A stretch of 64,000 bases of DNA from Flavobacteriales bacterium (GTDB lineage Bacteria > Pseudomonadota > Gammaproteobacteria > Enterobacterales > Alteromonadaceae). The stretch lies in NCBI GenBank assembly GCA_051276225.1, contig JBNMPD010000001.1:7502-71501 (forward strand). The letters run 5' to 3'. The notes beneath the pieces are model-generated. The model did not search any database, was not told the DNA's origin, and saw only the letters and a list, made by a program, of their open reading frames with translations. A program made the position numbers and the translations under genes. Shown one piece after another: positions 1-9,113 of this stretch; the stretch's first letter is position 1; each line of letters starts with the position of its first letter.

Positions 1-1077
1 GGTTCGTTAAAAGAGTTGTTTGGTGTGCTACAACAAGTATCGGGTGATACCAAAAGTAAATTTCAAAATTCGATCATTTCCGCACAAATTCCCGGCCGCG
101 CTGAGTTCTTAGATGCTTTAGCGCAATCAATGGGAGCCTCTTCAAAACTAGCTTCTATCGAAGAAATTGAGCGAGTTTGGTTTGAAATGCAGCGCGAAAT
201 GACCGAATCAGGAAAAGTGACTACATTTACGACCGATGTTATCGAAGCCGGTGGCAATAAAGTCAGTAAAGAGGTGTTACGCGTCGGACCCTTTGCTTTA
301 GCTGCACAGGGTAAATACTTAGATTATAACGGAACCACTGGTTCGGTTGCTGAGCTGGTGCGTCAACCTGCGGGTCGATATGGCGATAGCGCTGCCGAGT
401 TGCAACAATCATCAGGTGAATTAATTGAGTTTGGTTTAGACCCAACAGGCGGCTCTATACTTAAATTATTAGTGCAAGCCCCAAGTCTGAAAGAGCGAGT
501 TGAACAAGGTGGAACCGTCGGCTACATCATCTTAGCTGTGGGCTTTGTAGGATTACTGATCGCTATATGGCGCTTTATTGCCTTATTTATTGAAGGTGCA
601 AAGGTCAATCGTCAACTTAAGTCCAGCACATTTAAAGATAACAACTCTCTTGGCCGTGTAATGAAAGCCAAAGACGATTTCCCAGAAGCGGACACCGAAG
701 CACTTGAGCTACATCTTACCGAAGCTATTTTAGGCGAAGTGCCTAAGTTAGGCCGTTCACTTAGTATTATTAAAGTGATATCGGTGGTGGCACCTCTGAT
801 GGGTCTTCTTGGAACTGTATCGGGCATGATCAACACATTCCAAGCAATAACCTTGTTCGGTACTGGTGACCCTAAATTAATGGCTGGTGGTATCTCAACC
901 GCATTGGTAACGACTGTATTAGGTTTGGTTGTAGCTATTCCTATGACTCTATTGTATGCCATATTAAATACCCGCAGTAAAAGCATTGTTTATATACTGC
1001 AAGAACAAGCCGCTGGCGTGATTGCTGAGCGCGCCGAAGCTCATAGTGCTGCAGCCATTAACAGTAGCAAAGATTAA
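1..1077 (+). CDS. Large MotA/TolQ/ExbB proton-channel protein (TtpC-like, TonB2 system), 5'-truncated by the window edge
   Basis: Frame is open from base 1. C-terminal ExbB motifs APLMGLLGTVSGMI and MAGGISTALVTT follow a long soluble N-domain. First gene of an exbB-exbD-tonB-TPR cluster. Confidence 0.88.
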   Translation, partial: GSLKELFGVLQQVSGDTKSKFQNSIISAQIPGRAEFLDALAQSMGASSKLASIEEIERVWFEMQREMTESGKVTTFTTDVIEAGGNKVSKEVLRVGPFALAAQGKYLDYNGTTGSVAELVRQPAGRYGDSAAELQQSSGELIEFGLDPTGGSILKLLVQAPSLKERVEQGGTVGYIILAVGFVGLLIAIWRFIALFIEGAKVNRQLKSSTFKDNNSLGRVMKAKDDFPEADTEALELHLTEAILGEVPKLGRSLSIIKVISVVAPLMGLLGTVSGMINTFQAITLFGTGDPKLMAGGISTALVTTVLGLVVAIPMTLLYAILNTRSKSIVYILQEQAAGVIAERAEAHSAAAINSSKD

Positions 1078-1083
1078 TTCATC

Positions 1084-1608
1084 ATGATTGAAATCCTCGA
1101 GACCATTCGCGATTTTACCGAAACCGGTGGACAAGTTCTGCTTATCATTGGCGGTTTGATTTTTGTAATGTGGTTAATGATTTTAGAGCGCGCCATGTAT
1201 GTGTTTGTCACACACAAACAATATAAAAAGGCTGTCATTGCTAAGTGGAGCGCCAGGCCAGAGCGTTCCTCATGGAATGCTGAACAAATACGCCAAGCGA
1301 TGATTTCTCGTGTGGCATTAAAGCTCAGTACAGGTGTACCTATTATCCAGTCACTCGTGGCCTTATGTCCACTGCTGGGTTTGATGGGTACAGTGACAGG
1401 CATGATTGAAGTATTCGATGTGATGGCAATTTCAGGTTCAGGCAATGCACGCTCCATGGCGTCTGGTGTGTCTAAAGCCACTATCCCCACTATGGCGGGC
1501 ATGGTGGGTGCTTTGTCAGGTGTTTTTGCATCAACATGGTTAGCTAGGATTGCCAAAAAAGAAAGGGCGAGTCTTGAAGATAAGCTACGTATGGAACGCA
1601 AAGTGTAG
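1084..1608 (+). CDS. exbB: MotA/TolQ/ExbB family protein
   Basis: PLLGLMGTVTGMI and MASGVSKATIPT motifs; operon context. Confidence 0.9.
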   Translation: MIEILETIRDFTETGGQVLLIIGGLIFVMWLMILERAMYVFVTHKQYKKAVIAKWSARPERSSWNAEQIRQAMISRVALKLSTGVPIIQSLVALCPLLGLMGTVTGMIEVFDVMAISGSGNARSMASGVSKATIPTMAGMVGALSGVFASTWLARIAKKERASLEDKLRMERKV

Positions 1609-1612
1609 ACCG

Positions 1613-1641
1613 ACTTATAAAAGTTCAGACTTTTTATAAGT
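1613..1641. other. Intergenic hairpin between exbB and exbD
   Basis: ACTTATAAAA (1613-1622) and TTTTATAAGT (1632-1641) form a perfect 10-bp stem; it overlaps a direct repeat AAGTTCAGAC. Confidence 0.5.
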
Positions 1642-1699
1642 TCAGACCGCATTGGTCGTTCCAAATGGCAGTAAACATAATAAGTAAATAGAGATTGAT

Positions 1700-2107
1700 A
1701 TGAAACAGCATTTCCAAAACTTGATGGACGAAGAAGAAGCCACAATCGATATGACACCTATGCTCGACGTCGTATTTATTATGTTGATTTTCTTTATTGT
1801 GACGGCCTCTTTTGTCAAAGAAGCAGGTATTGATGTCAACCGTCCCGAAGCCGCCACTGCTGTTAAGAAAGACCGGGCTAATATTTTAGTGGCTATCAGC
1901 GACAAAGGTGAAATCTGGATCAATAAACGTAAGGTGGATGTGCGCGCAGTACAAGCCAATATCGAACGTTTATATGCTGAAAATCCACAAGGTACTGTGG
2001 TTATTCAGGCGGATAGGAAGTCCACTACTGATGTGTTGATTAAAGTGATGGATGCATCACGGGCAGCAGGCATCCAAGATGTGTCTATCGCTGCACAGGA
2101 GCCTTAA
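1700..2107 (+). CDS. exbD: Biopolymer transport protein ExbD
   Basis: IDMTPMLDVVFIMLIFFIVT signature; VVIQADRK. Confidence 0.93.
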   Translation: MKQHFQNLMDEEEATIDMTPMLDVVFIMLIFFIVTASFVKEAGIDVNRPEAATAVKKDRANILVAISDKGEIWINKRKVDVRAVQANIERLYAENPQGTVVIQADRKSTTDVLIKVMDASRAAGIQDVSIAAQEP

Positions 2108-2113
2108 ATCATC

Positions 2114-2752
2114 ATGCCACAAACAAAGACTATGCCACAGACAATATCAAGACTGGTTTTAGCTACGTTATTTGCGGCAGTGATTACTTTAGGTTTATTT
2201 TTTTTGATGCAGTCTTTAATTCAAAGTGGTGGCAGCGCATTAACTGATGCGCCTAAAGGTAGCGTACTGGATTTTGTCCGTGTGAAGAAAGAAGAATCGA
2301 TACAAAAGAAAGACAGAAAACCTAAAAAGCCTCCTAAGCCTAAAGAGCCGCCACCGGACATGGCTCCACCACAAATGGATGCACCTAATCCTGAAAGTGC
2401 AACCAGCGGTATGGATTTTGGTGCAGGTATGGCGGCTGATGTATCCCTTGACGGAGGTTTAGCTTTGGCGTCAGGAGATGGTGAGTTTTTACCCATAGTG
2501 CGGGTTGCTGCAGTTTACCCAAGAAGGGCATTACAGCGAGGCATTGAAGGTTTTGTGGATATTGAATTTACGGTATCAAAGTTAGGTTCAGTGACCAATC
2601 CTAAGGTGCTACAAGCATCACCAGAAGGCATTTTTGAACAAGCGGCTTTAGATGCCACTTTAAAATATAAATACAAACCGCGCGTCGTAAATGGCGAACC
2701 CATGGATGTATCTGGGGTTGAAGTGCGGGTCACATTTGAACTTGGGAGCTAG
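2114..2752 (+). CDS. tonB: Energy transducer TonB
   Basis: N-terminal TM helix, Pro/Lys-rich spacer, YPRRALQRGIEG C-domain. The start may be the second ATG at 2132 because of an 18-bp duplication (MPQTKT/MPQTIS). Confidence 0.92.
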   Translation: MPQTKTMPQTISRLVLATLFAAVITLGLFFLMQSLIQSGGSALTDAPKGSVLDFVRVKKEESIQKKDRKPKKPPKPKEPPPDMAPPQMDAPNPESATSGMDFGAGMAADVSLDGGLALASGDGEFLPIVRVAAVYPRRALQRGIEGFVDIEFTVSKLGSVTNPKVLQASPEGIFEQAALDATLKYKYKPRVVNGEPMDVSGVEVRVTFELGS

Positions 2753-2754
2753 AG

Positions 2755-4125
2755 ATGACGATGAGTAAATTACTAACGAAATTGGCACCTGTCTTGTTGA
2801 CTGGTGTCTTATTATCTAGTGTGCAAGTCAACGTGGTAAATGCACAAGAAGCACCTTTAATATCAGAAAAAACAGTACAAACAGTACAAGCAGTAGAAAC
2901 AGTACAAGTAGAACGCAAAACTAAACGTGTTCCTACTTTACGGTCTAAAGTTTACGACCAATTGTCTCGGGCACAGAGTTTAGCTGATGCCGGCAATCAA
3001 GTTGAGGCTTTTGAGGTGCTAGACCAAGTTAAGTCGAAACACAGCTCAATGAACAGCTATGAGCAAGCAATGATGTATAATTTTTATGGTTTTATTCATT
3101 ACGCAGTTGAAAACTACGATCAAGCTATTGTCGCATTCGAAAACGTAGTGCAGCAGCAGCCCATTCCAGAAACCTTTGAACAAGCGACTTTGTTTAGTCT
3201 GGCTCAATTACATATGATGCGTGGCAATTTTGATAAAACCATTCTGAAAATAGAACAATGGGAAACTATTCAAAACAGACTTTACCCGAACACAGATATG
3301 CCCGCTAAAAATTTGGTTTTAAAGGCTCAAGCCATGTACCAAAAGCAAGATTATGCAGCCTCATCCGGCTACATCAACGCAGCGGTGCAACAAGTTGAAA
3401 CTAATGATTTAGGTTTCCAAGTGGACGAGCAGTGGTATGTATTACAAAGAGCGGTCTATTTCGAACTTAAACAACCTGAAAATGTTAAAAATGTATTGCT
3501 TAAGTTAGTTAAAAACTTTGAAGCCCCCAAGTATTGGTTACAACTCGCTGGAATGTACGCTGAGCTTGGTCAAGAAGTGAAACAATTAGCAGTCATGGAA
3601 ATTGCGGCGCAAAAAAGTTTCGTTGCTACCGGCTCAGACATGTTTAATTTGGCACAACTTTATTATTATCATCAGATGCCTTATAAAGCCGCTACGCTTA
3701 TGCAAAAGGCTATGCACGAAGGCAAGCTACCAGAAGATGAGCGTAATCTAACGTTTTTAGCTCAGTCTTGGAATTTGGCCAAAGAAACGCAAAAAGCTAT
3801 ACCTGCGATGTTAGCGGCCGCAAAATTATCTGAAACGGGTGAGTTGTATGCTCAGTTAGGTCAAATGTACTTAAACATGGATAAGTGGCAACAAGCGATT
3901 GCCGCTTCACAACAAGCCATCGAAAAAGGTGGATTGCGTAATGGAGGCATGTCTCATCTTGTAATTGGTATGGCTCAATTTAATGTGGGTGAATATAACG
4001 AAGCTCTAAATCAGCTTGCCAAGGCACAAGAGTTTGACGGTAGCCGTGGTATGGCAAAACAATGGTCTAAGTTTGTTGAGGGTGAAAGAAACCAGATTGC
4101 TACCTATGCCTCTGTGGGCAACTAA
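2755..4125 (+). CDS. Periplasmic TPR protein (TtpD-like)
   Basis: Signal peptide and multiple TPR-like helical repeats; directly downstream of tonB. Confidence 0.85.
   Translation: MTMSKLLTKLAPVLLTGVLLSSVQVNVVNAQEAPLISEKTVQTVQAVETVQVERKTKRVPTLRSKVYDQLSRAQSLADAGNQVEAFEVLDQVKSKHSSMNSYEQAMMYNFYGFIHYAVENYDQAIVAFENVVQQQPIPETFEQATLFSLAQLHMMRGNFDKTILKIEQWETIQNRLYPNTDMPAKNLVLKAQAMYQKQDYAASSGYINAAVQQVETNDLGFQVDEQWYVLQRAVYFELKQPENVKNVLLKLVKNFEAPKYWLQLAGMYAELGQEVKQLAVMEIAAQKSFVATGSDMFNLAQLYYYHQMPYKAATLMQKAMHEGKLPEDERNLTFLAQSWNLAKETQKAIPAMLAAAKLSETGELYAQLGQMYLNMDKWQQAIAASQQAIEKGGLRNGGMSHLVIGMAQFNVGEYNEALNQLAKAQEFDGSRGMAKQWSKFVEGERNQIATYASVGN
2872..2913 (+). repeat. In-frame 9-bp tandem repeat (TVQ-TVQ-AVE-TVQ-VE)
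   Basis: ACAGTACAA x2, GCAGTAGAA, ACAGTACAA, GTAGAA. Confidence 0.85.
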
Positions 4126-4144
4126 TTATAAACTTCAATCTTAT

Positions 4145-4172
4145 AAAAAAGTGCCTAAACGGCGCTTTTTTT
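4145..4172 (+). terminator. Intrinsic terminator of the tonB cluster
   Basis: A6-GTGCC-TAAAC-GGCGC-T7. Confidence 0.85.
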
Positions 4173-4227
4173 ATTTGTAAATCTAATTTAGAATGATTGT
4201 ATTAATCGTTTTTATAGATTCACAAAT

Positions 4228-5139
4228 ATGAAATGGCCTAACCTCAAACACCTGCACTATTTAGTAATATTACATCAAGAACAACATTTCCATCGGGCAG
4301 CGCTGCATTGTCATGTTAGTCAATCAACATTGAGTACTGCCATTCAGAATCTTGAAGAGCAGTTTGGCGCCCAGTTATTAGAGCGGGATCATAAAACTTT
4401 TTTATTCACCCCATTTGGCATAGAGCTTGTCGAAAGAAGTAAGGCATTGTTGACGGATGCACATGAATTAGTCGACTTCGCACAAAGCGCAGGGAATTGG
4501 CAAGCAGGCAAACTCAAAATAGGGGTTATTCCAACTATTGCGCCTTTTATTTTTGAAGGGCTGATTGGTAAAGTTAAGCAACACCTTCCTGACATCACGT
4601 TACAGCTGCAAGAAGATACCACGGCTAACTTGTTGACTCAGTTAAATGAGGGCGGCTTAGATTTAATTATTCTAGCCTTACCGATGGATACACCTGGTTG
4701 CAAACAGTTGGTTTTAGGTCACGACCCCTTCCATTTAATTGCTCATGCCGATTTGATAGAAAGCTTACCCGTACCCCTTAACGTCTCGGATTTGCCTAAA
4801 CAAAGTATTTTTTTATTGCAACAAGAGCATTGTATGACTGGCCACGCAGTAAGTGCCTGTGGTTTAAAACACAAGGAACAAGTGAGTACATTAGCTGCCA
4901 GCAGTTTGTATACCTTAGTACAACTGGCTAACAGTAAGCTTGGTTTTACTTTTATGCCAGAGTTGGCCATTCAAAACAATATATTAAACACCACACCTTT
5001 AGTCTCGATGCCTGCTGAGGATATGGCCTATCGTGAAATCGGTATGGTTTGGCGCAGCGGTACTACACGTGTCAGACTTTTTCGCTACTTGGCTGAACTT
5101 GTTGCTCCCTTGACTCCCATTCCTACCCTGACTCGTTAA
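4228..5139 (+). CDS. oxyR: Hydrogen peroxide-inducible activator, OxyR type (OxyR2-like LysR)
   Basis: LysR HTH; GVIPTIAP; redox cysteine pair HCMTGHAVSAC with Cys-X8-Cys spacing as in OxyR C199/C208. Confidence 0.8.
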   Translation: MKWPNLKHLHYLVILHQEQHFHRAALHCHVSQSTLSTAIQNLEEQFGAQLLERDHKTFLFTPFGIELVERSKALLTDAHELVDFAQSAGNWQAGKLKIGVIPTIAPFIFEGLIGKVKQHLPDITLQLQEDTTANLLTQLNEGGLDLIILALPMDTPGCKQLVLGHDPFHLIAHADLIESLPVPLNVSDLPKQSIFLLQQEHCMTGHAVSACGLKHKEQVSTLAASSLYTLVQLANSKLGFTFMPELAIQNNILNTTPLVSMPAEDMAYREIGMVWRSGTTRVRLFRYLAELVAPLTPIPTLTR

Positions 5140-5157
5140 TTTAAAGTGGTTAATAAT

Positions 5158-5801
5158 GTTCCGGTAGCGCCTAACTCATCTAACTCCAATAGTCGCAGTA
5201 TTGAAATTAATATTAATATTTATGAAAATGAAAAGATGATTATAAATTTTGTTTAGCATGGTGAACATTATGATGATGATTTAATTGACAAAATGCGTGA
5301 GTTAAGTGAGGAGCGTCGAGAATTGGAGTGGTAGAAAAGAGCATACACTCTGTCTCGTAGAGACTTAGAGTCTGAAAAGAAAAGTGCTGACTCTACTCGT
5401 CGAAATAAGATTGAAAATCGTTTAAATGAACTTGATAGAAAGTGCTTGAACGTGAAACTAAATCCAATCAACTAGACAAGTTTCGCGGTGATTTAAAACT
5501 GAACATAATCATGAAATGGCGAAGCGTCAAGCGGTCAAGCAGACGTTATATGAAAGAGTCTTTAGTGTTTTTGAAAATACCCCTGGATATGTGTTGTGCC
5601 CCTATGGAGTGGTCATCGGTCTTTGTCAGATGAGGATCATGTGAATTTTTGTTATCTGACTTTGTAGACGCAGACCATAACAGTGTGGTTGATTCACACG
5701 ATAAGGTTTATGTCTTCAAACAAAAGGACATACAAGCATGTGTGACAGGAAAATCAAACAAAGATACATTACTAACAGCTGCGAAAACATGCTTGTTCTA
5801 A
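5158..5801 (+). pseudogene. Degraded, 5'-deleted conserved hypothetical coiled-coil protein
   Basis: Readable across 2 stops and about 3 frameshifts: DKMRELSEERRELEW*KR...LERETKSNQLDKFRGDLK...VLCPYG...DHVNFLLSDF...DKVYVFKQKDIQACVTGK...CLF*. Followed by its own terminator. Confidence 0.75.
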
Positions 5802-5826
5802 GTCGTCTGCAAAATATATTAAAGTT

Positions 5827-5853
5827 AAAAGTCAGCTTGAAGCTGACTTTTTT
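5827..5853 (+). terminator. Intrinsic terminator
   Basis: AAAAGTCAGCTT-G-AAGCTGACTTTTTT. Confidence 0.88.
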
Positions 5854-5938
5854 ATTACAAACCGATAAGCTAGCAAAATCTCAGCCACACAGCTCTTTTG
5901 CATATGTGGCTTAATATTTTTAGTTAGGACTTTACATT

Positions 5939-7060
5939 ATGCCTTCTGTAGTAATTAGCGGTTCTGGTTTATGGAAACCCACCCACAGTATTAGTAATGA
6001 AGAATTGGTCGTAGCATATAACGCTTATGCCGAGCAGTTTAATCAACAACATTTAAAAGCGATTGAAGAAGGTGAACGCAAGCCTAAACCACTTTCCAGT
6101 GCTGAGTTTATTGAAAAAGCCTCCGGTATCAAGAGTCGTTACGTCTACGTCAAAGAGGGCGTTTTAGACATTAACAGAATGCGTCCAAACATTCCTGAGC
6201 GAGCGGATGATGAATTATCTGATCAAGCTGAAATGGCAATACACGCAGCTAAAGATGCCTTAAAAGCGGCAAATAAAACTCCTGAAGATATTGACGTTGT
6301 TATTGTGGCTTGCGCTTACACCCAGCGTTCCTATCCTGCTTTGGCGATTGAAGTCCAAGGTGCTTTAGGTATTAAAGGTTTTGCTTTTGATATGTTGGTA
6401 GCTTGCTCCGCAGCTACTTTTGCTCTTCATCGTGCCTATGAAATGATTGCCGCCGGAACTGCCAAGGCTGTGTTAGTGATAAATCCAGAGTTGACCTCAC
6501 CGCAAGTGAATTATTGTGATCGTGATAGCCATTTTATATTTGGTGATGTAGCAACGGCTATGGTGGTTGAAAGTTCAGATACGGTAAACTCAGAACATGT
6601 TTTCGAAATCATGAGCACAAAAGCTGTCACTCAATATTCGAACAATATTCGCTCAAATTTTGGTTATGTTAGCCGTGCTAATGACGTTGATCCCTTTGCC
6701 GAAGATAAACTTTTTCATCAAGAGGGCCGAAAGGTGTTTAAAGAAGTCTGTCCAATGGCTGTAGAGCATATTTCAGAGCATTTAGCTCGGCATCAGCTCA
6801 GTTCGAAAGATGTTACAAGATGGTGGTTACATCAGGCTAATATTAATATGAATACATTGATCAGCCGTAAGTTATTCGACAGACAACCAACTTTAGAAGA
6901 AGCTCCAATAGTATTGGATACTTTCGCTAATACTGCTTCTGCGGGCTCAATCATTGCTTTTTATCTATATCACAAAGATTTAAAGTTAGGTGATATTGGT
7001 TTGCTTTGTTCATTTGGGGCAGGTTATTCGATTGGTAGTTTAGTATTAAAAAAACGCTAA
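5939..7060 (+). CDS. fabH: Beta-ketoacyl-ACP synthase III (long FabH-like type)
   Basis: Catalytic Cys (VACSAA), His (LHQAN), Asn (ANTASA); FGAGYS; FIFGD. Confidence 0.88.
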   Translation: MPSVVISGSGLWKPTHSISNEELVVAYNAYAEQFNQQHLKAIEEGERKPKPLSSAEFIEKASGIKSRYVYVKEGVLDINRMRPNIPERADDELSDQAEMAIHAAKDALKAANKTPEDIDVVIVACAYTQRSYPALAIEVQGALGIKGFAFDMLVACSAATFALHRAYEMIAAGTAKAVLVINPELTSPQVNYCDRDSHFIFGDVATAMVVESSDTVNSEHVFEIMSTKAVTQYSNNIRSNFGYVSRANDVDPFAEDKLFHQEGRKVFKEVCPMAVEHISEHLARHQLSSKDVTRWWLHQANINMNTLISRKLFDRQPTLEEAPIVLDTFANTASAGSIIAFYLYHKDLKLGDIGLLCSFGAGYSIGSLVLKKR

Positions 7061-7070
7061 AGGACTCGCT

Positions 7071-9089
7071 ATGATCGCATCTGTTGGTTACGCAATCAGT
7101 GCAATTGGTTACGCATTTCTATTGCTGCTGTTGCTAACAGTCCGCAAATCAGGGCTAGCTAAGTACCTGTTAATTCTTGCCACAGCTTCGACCTGTTTAT
7201 GGTCTATCGCACCGTTTGTTTTTTCTCCGCTGTCTGTCGAAAAACTATTACTTTTTGATAATATTAAAAATTTATTTTGGTTACTTTTTTTAGCTTCATG
7301 CTTAAAAGATAACTTCACTAATATTATTGAAGTACTCAGTCGAAAAGAGACGTGGTTGATTCTGGCTTTACCGATTACCGCCATAACAATGCCTTACTTA
7401 GGTATTGATAAACAATCATGGCTGTTTCTTCTGCAGACTGTTATCGCATTACAAGTGCTGGTATTACTTGAAATAATATATCGTCAGGCGGGTGATAATA
7501 AGTGGGCGTTAAAACCTTTGATTTTGTATCTCGCTATCACTAGCATCTTTGAGTTTGTTACCTTTGCTAACGCCTTAATGGTGGAACAAATTCACATTAA
7601 TTATATTGCAGCTAGAGGTTACATCTATTTAGCTTTGATCCCATTTTTAGTATTGGCCATTAGGCGAGTCAAAAACTGGGGGGTAGAAATCTATATATCC
7701 AGAGATATTGTGACGCATAGTACGCTGCTAATGGTGGCAGGTGGTTATTTGTTTATTATGGCCATGCTGGGTTACCTAGTAAAATACTTTGGCGGACAAT
7801 GGGGAGGCACAATCCAAGTTGTTTTGATTGTCCTATCTTTGGCCCTATTAGTCACATTATTCCTTTCTTTAAGTTTTCGGACCAAAATAAAAGTATTCAT
7901 TACTAAACATTTTTTCGCCAATCAATTTGACTATCGACATGAATGGTTAAAGTTGACACACTGTTTAAACTCTAAAGAGTTAAATGAGAATGTTTATGCA
8001 ACCGCCTTGCGGGGCCTAACTCAGGCAATTGATTATCAAACTGGATGTTTTATTCAAGTACAAAACGGCGAACTGAAGGTGTTGGCGAATATTGATAAGT
8101 CTGATTTAAATGAAGATGAAAAAACGGTGTTGTTAGAATTTTCTGTTTTTCTTAAATCAAAAAACTGGATAATCGATATTGAAGAGCTTAGAACACGGCC
8201 CTTTGTTTATGAAGGGCTAAAAGTCAATCATAGCCTTTTAAATGCTGTTTCTTTCCAAATGGTTATTCCTATTTATAATGATGAACAATTCTGGGGCATG
8301 GCTGCAATACAGGGTTCAGATAACACCACTAAAAGACTCAATTGGGAGTTAAGAGATTATTTGACTGCGGTGAACGCACAAATTACAAACTTTTTGTTTC
8401 ATCACCAAGCGGCCCAAGAACTGGCTGAAAATGCGCAATTTGCCGCCTTCACACGTATGTCTGCGTTTGTTCTTCACGACTTAAAAAACGTAATGGCACA
8501 AATTGACCTGATTTTGTCTAATGCAGAGCAGCATAAAGACAATCCTGAGTTTATTGAAGATACATTTGAAACTTTACAGCATACCAAGGCTAGAATGGAT
8601 AAAATGTTAATCCAGCTAACAGAAAAAAACGTATCTACAGATGCTGCTGATAGCTTAGTCAATCTATCTCATAGTGTGAAGCAAGTTGTTGAACAAAGAT
8701 GCGCATCCTATTTACCCGTGCCTAATGTGATAATTAGTAGTGAAACGCCTGTGGTCTTAGATAGAGATAAACTATGTAATGTCATTTATCATTTAGTAAG
8801 CAATGCACAACAAGCCACCAGCGATGACGGTAACGTTGATATTAGAATAGAATTATCTGCTGATAATCAATATATGTTGATCAATATTGTGGACACGGGC
8901 TGCGGTATGAGCGAAAATTTTATCAGTATGCGTCTATTCAAGCCTTTTGATACAACAAAAGGCAATGCTGGTATGGGGATAGGGGCGTTTGATGCTAAGG
9001 CTTACTTAGAAAAAATAGGTGGACAGTTACTGGTGCAAAGCGCACTGGACAAAGGCACAACTTTTACATTACGAATTCCAACTACATAA
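7071..9089 (+). CDS. prsK: PEP-CTERM system histidine kinase PrsK
   Basis: Multi-TM N-terminus; KHFFANQFDYRHEWL; SAFVLHDLKN H-box; LFKPFDTTKGNAGMGIG. Confidence 0.92.
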   Translation: MIASVGYAISAIGYAFLLLLLLTVRKSGLAKYLLILATASTCLWSIAPFVFSPLSVEKLLLFDNIKNLFWLLFLASCLKDNFTNIIEVLSRKETWLILALPITAITMPYLGIDKQSWLFLLQTVIALQVLVLLEIIYRQAGDNKWALKPLILYLAITSIFEFVTFANALMVEQIHINYIAARGYIYLALIPFLVLAIRRVKNWGVEIYISRDIVTHSTLLMVAGGYLFIMAMLGYLVKYFGGQWGGTIQVVLIVLSLALLVTLFLSLSFRTKIKVFITKHFFANQFDYRHEWLKLTHCLNSKELNENVYATALRGLTQAIDYQTGCFIQVQNGELKVLANIDKSDLNEDEKTVLLEFSVFLKSKNWIIDIEELRTRPFVYEGLKVNHSLLNAVSFQMVIPIYNDEQFWGMAAIQGSDNTTKRLNWELRDYLTAVNAQITNFLFHHQAAQELAENAQFAAFTRMSAFVLHDLKNVMAQIDLILSNAEQHKDNPEFIEDTFETLQHTKARMDKMLIQLTEKNVSTDAADSLVNLSHSVKQVVEQRCASYLPVPNVIISSETPVVLDRDKLCNVIYHLVSNAQQATSDDGNVDIRIELSADNQYMLINIVDTGCGMSENFISMRLFKPFDTTKGNAGMGIGAFDAKAYLEKIGGQLLVQSALDKGTTFTLRIPTT

Positions 9090-9113
9090 GTAAACTCAAA
9101 GGATTTTTGACAC

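Noticed and set aside
1074-1757. 227-aa minus-strand ORF and other antisense ORFs (e.g. 612-986, 22348-22767, 31603-31989, 60967-61419, 63351-63896)
   Set aside because: They lie antisense to well-supported genes, have no recognisable motifs and look like codon-symmetry shadows.
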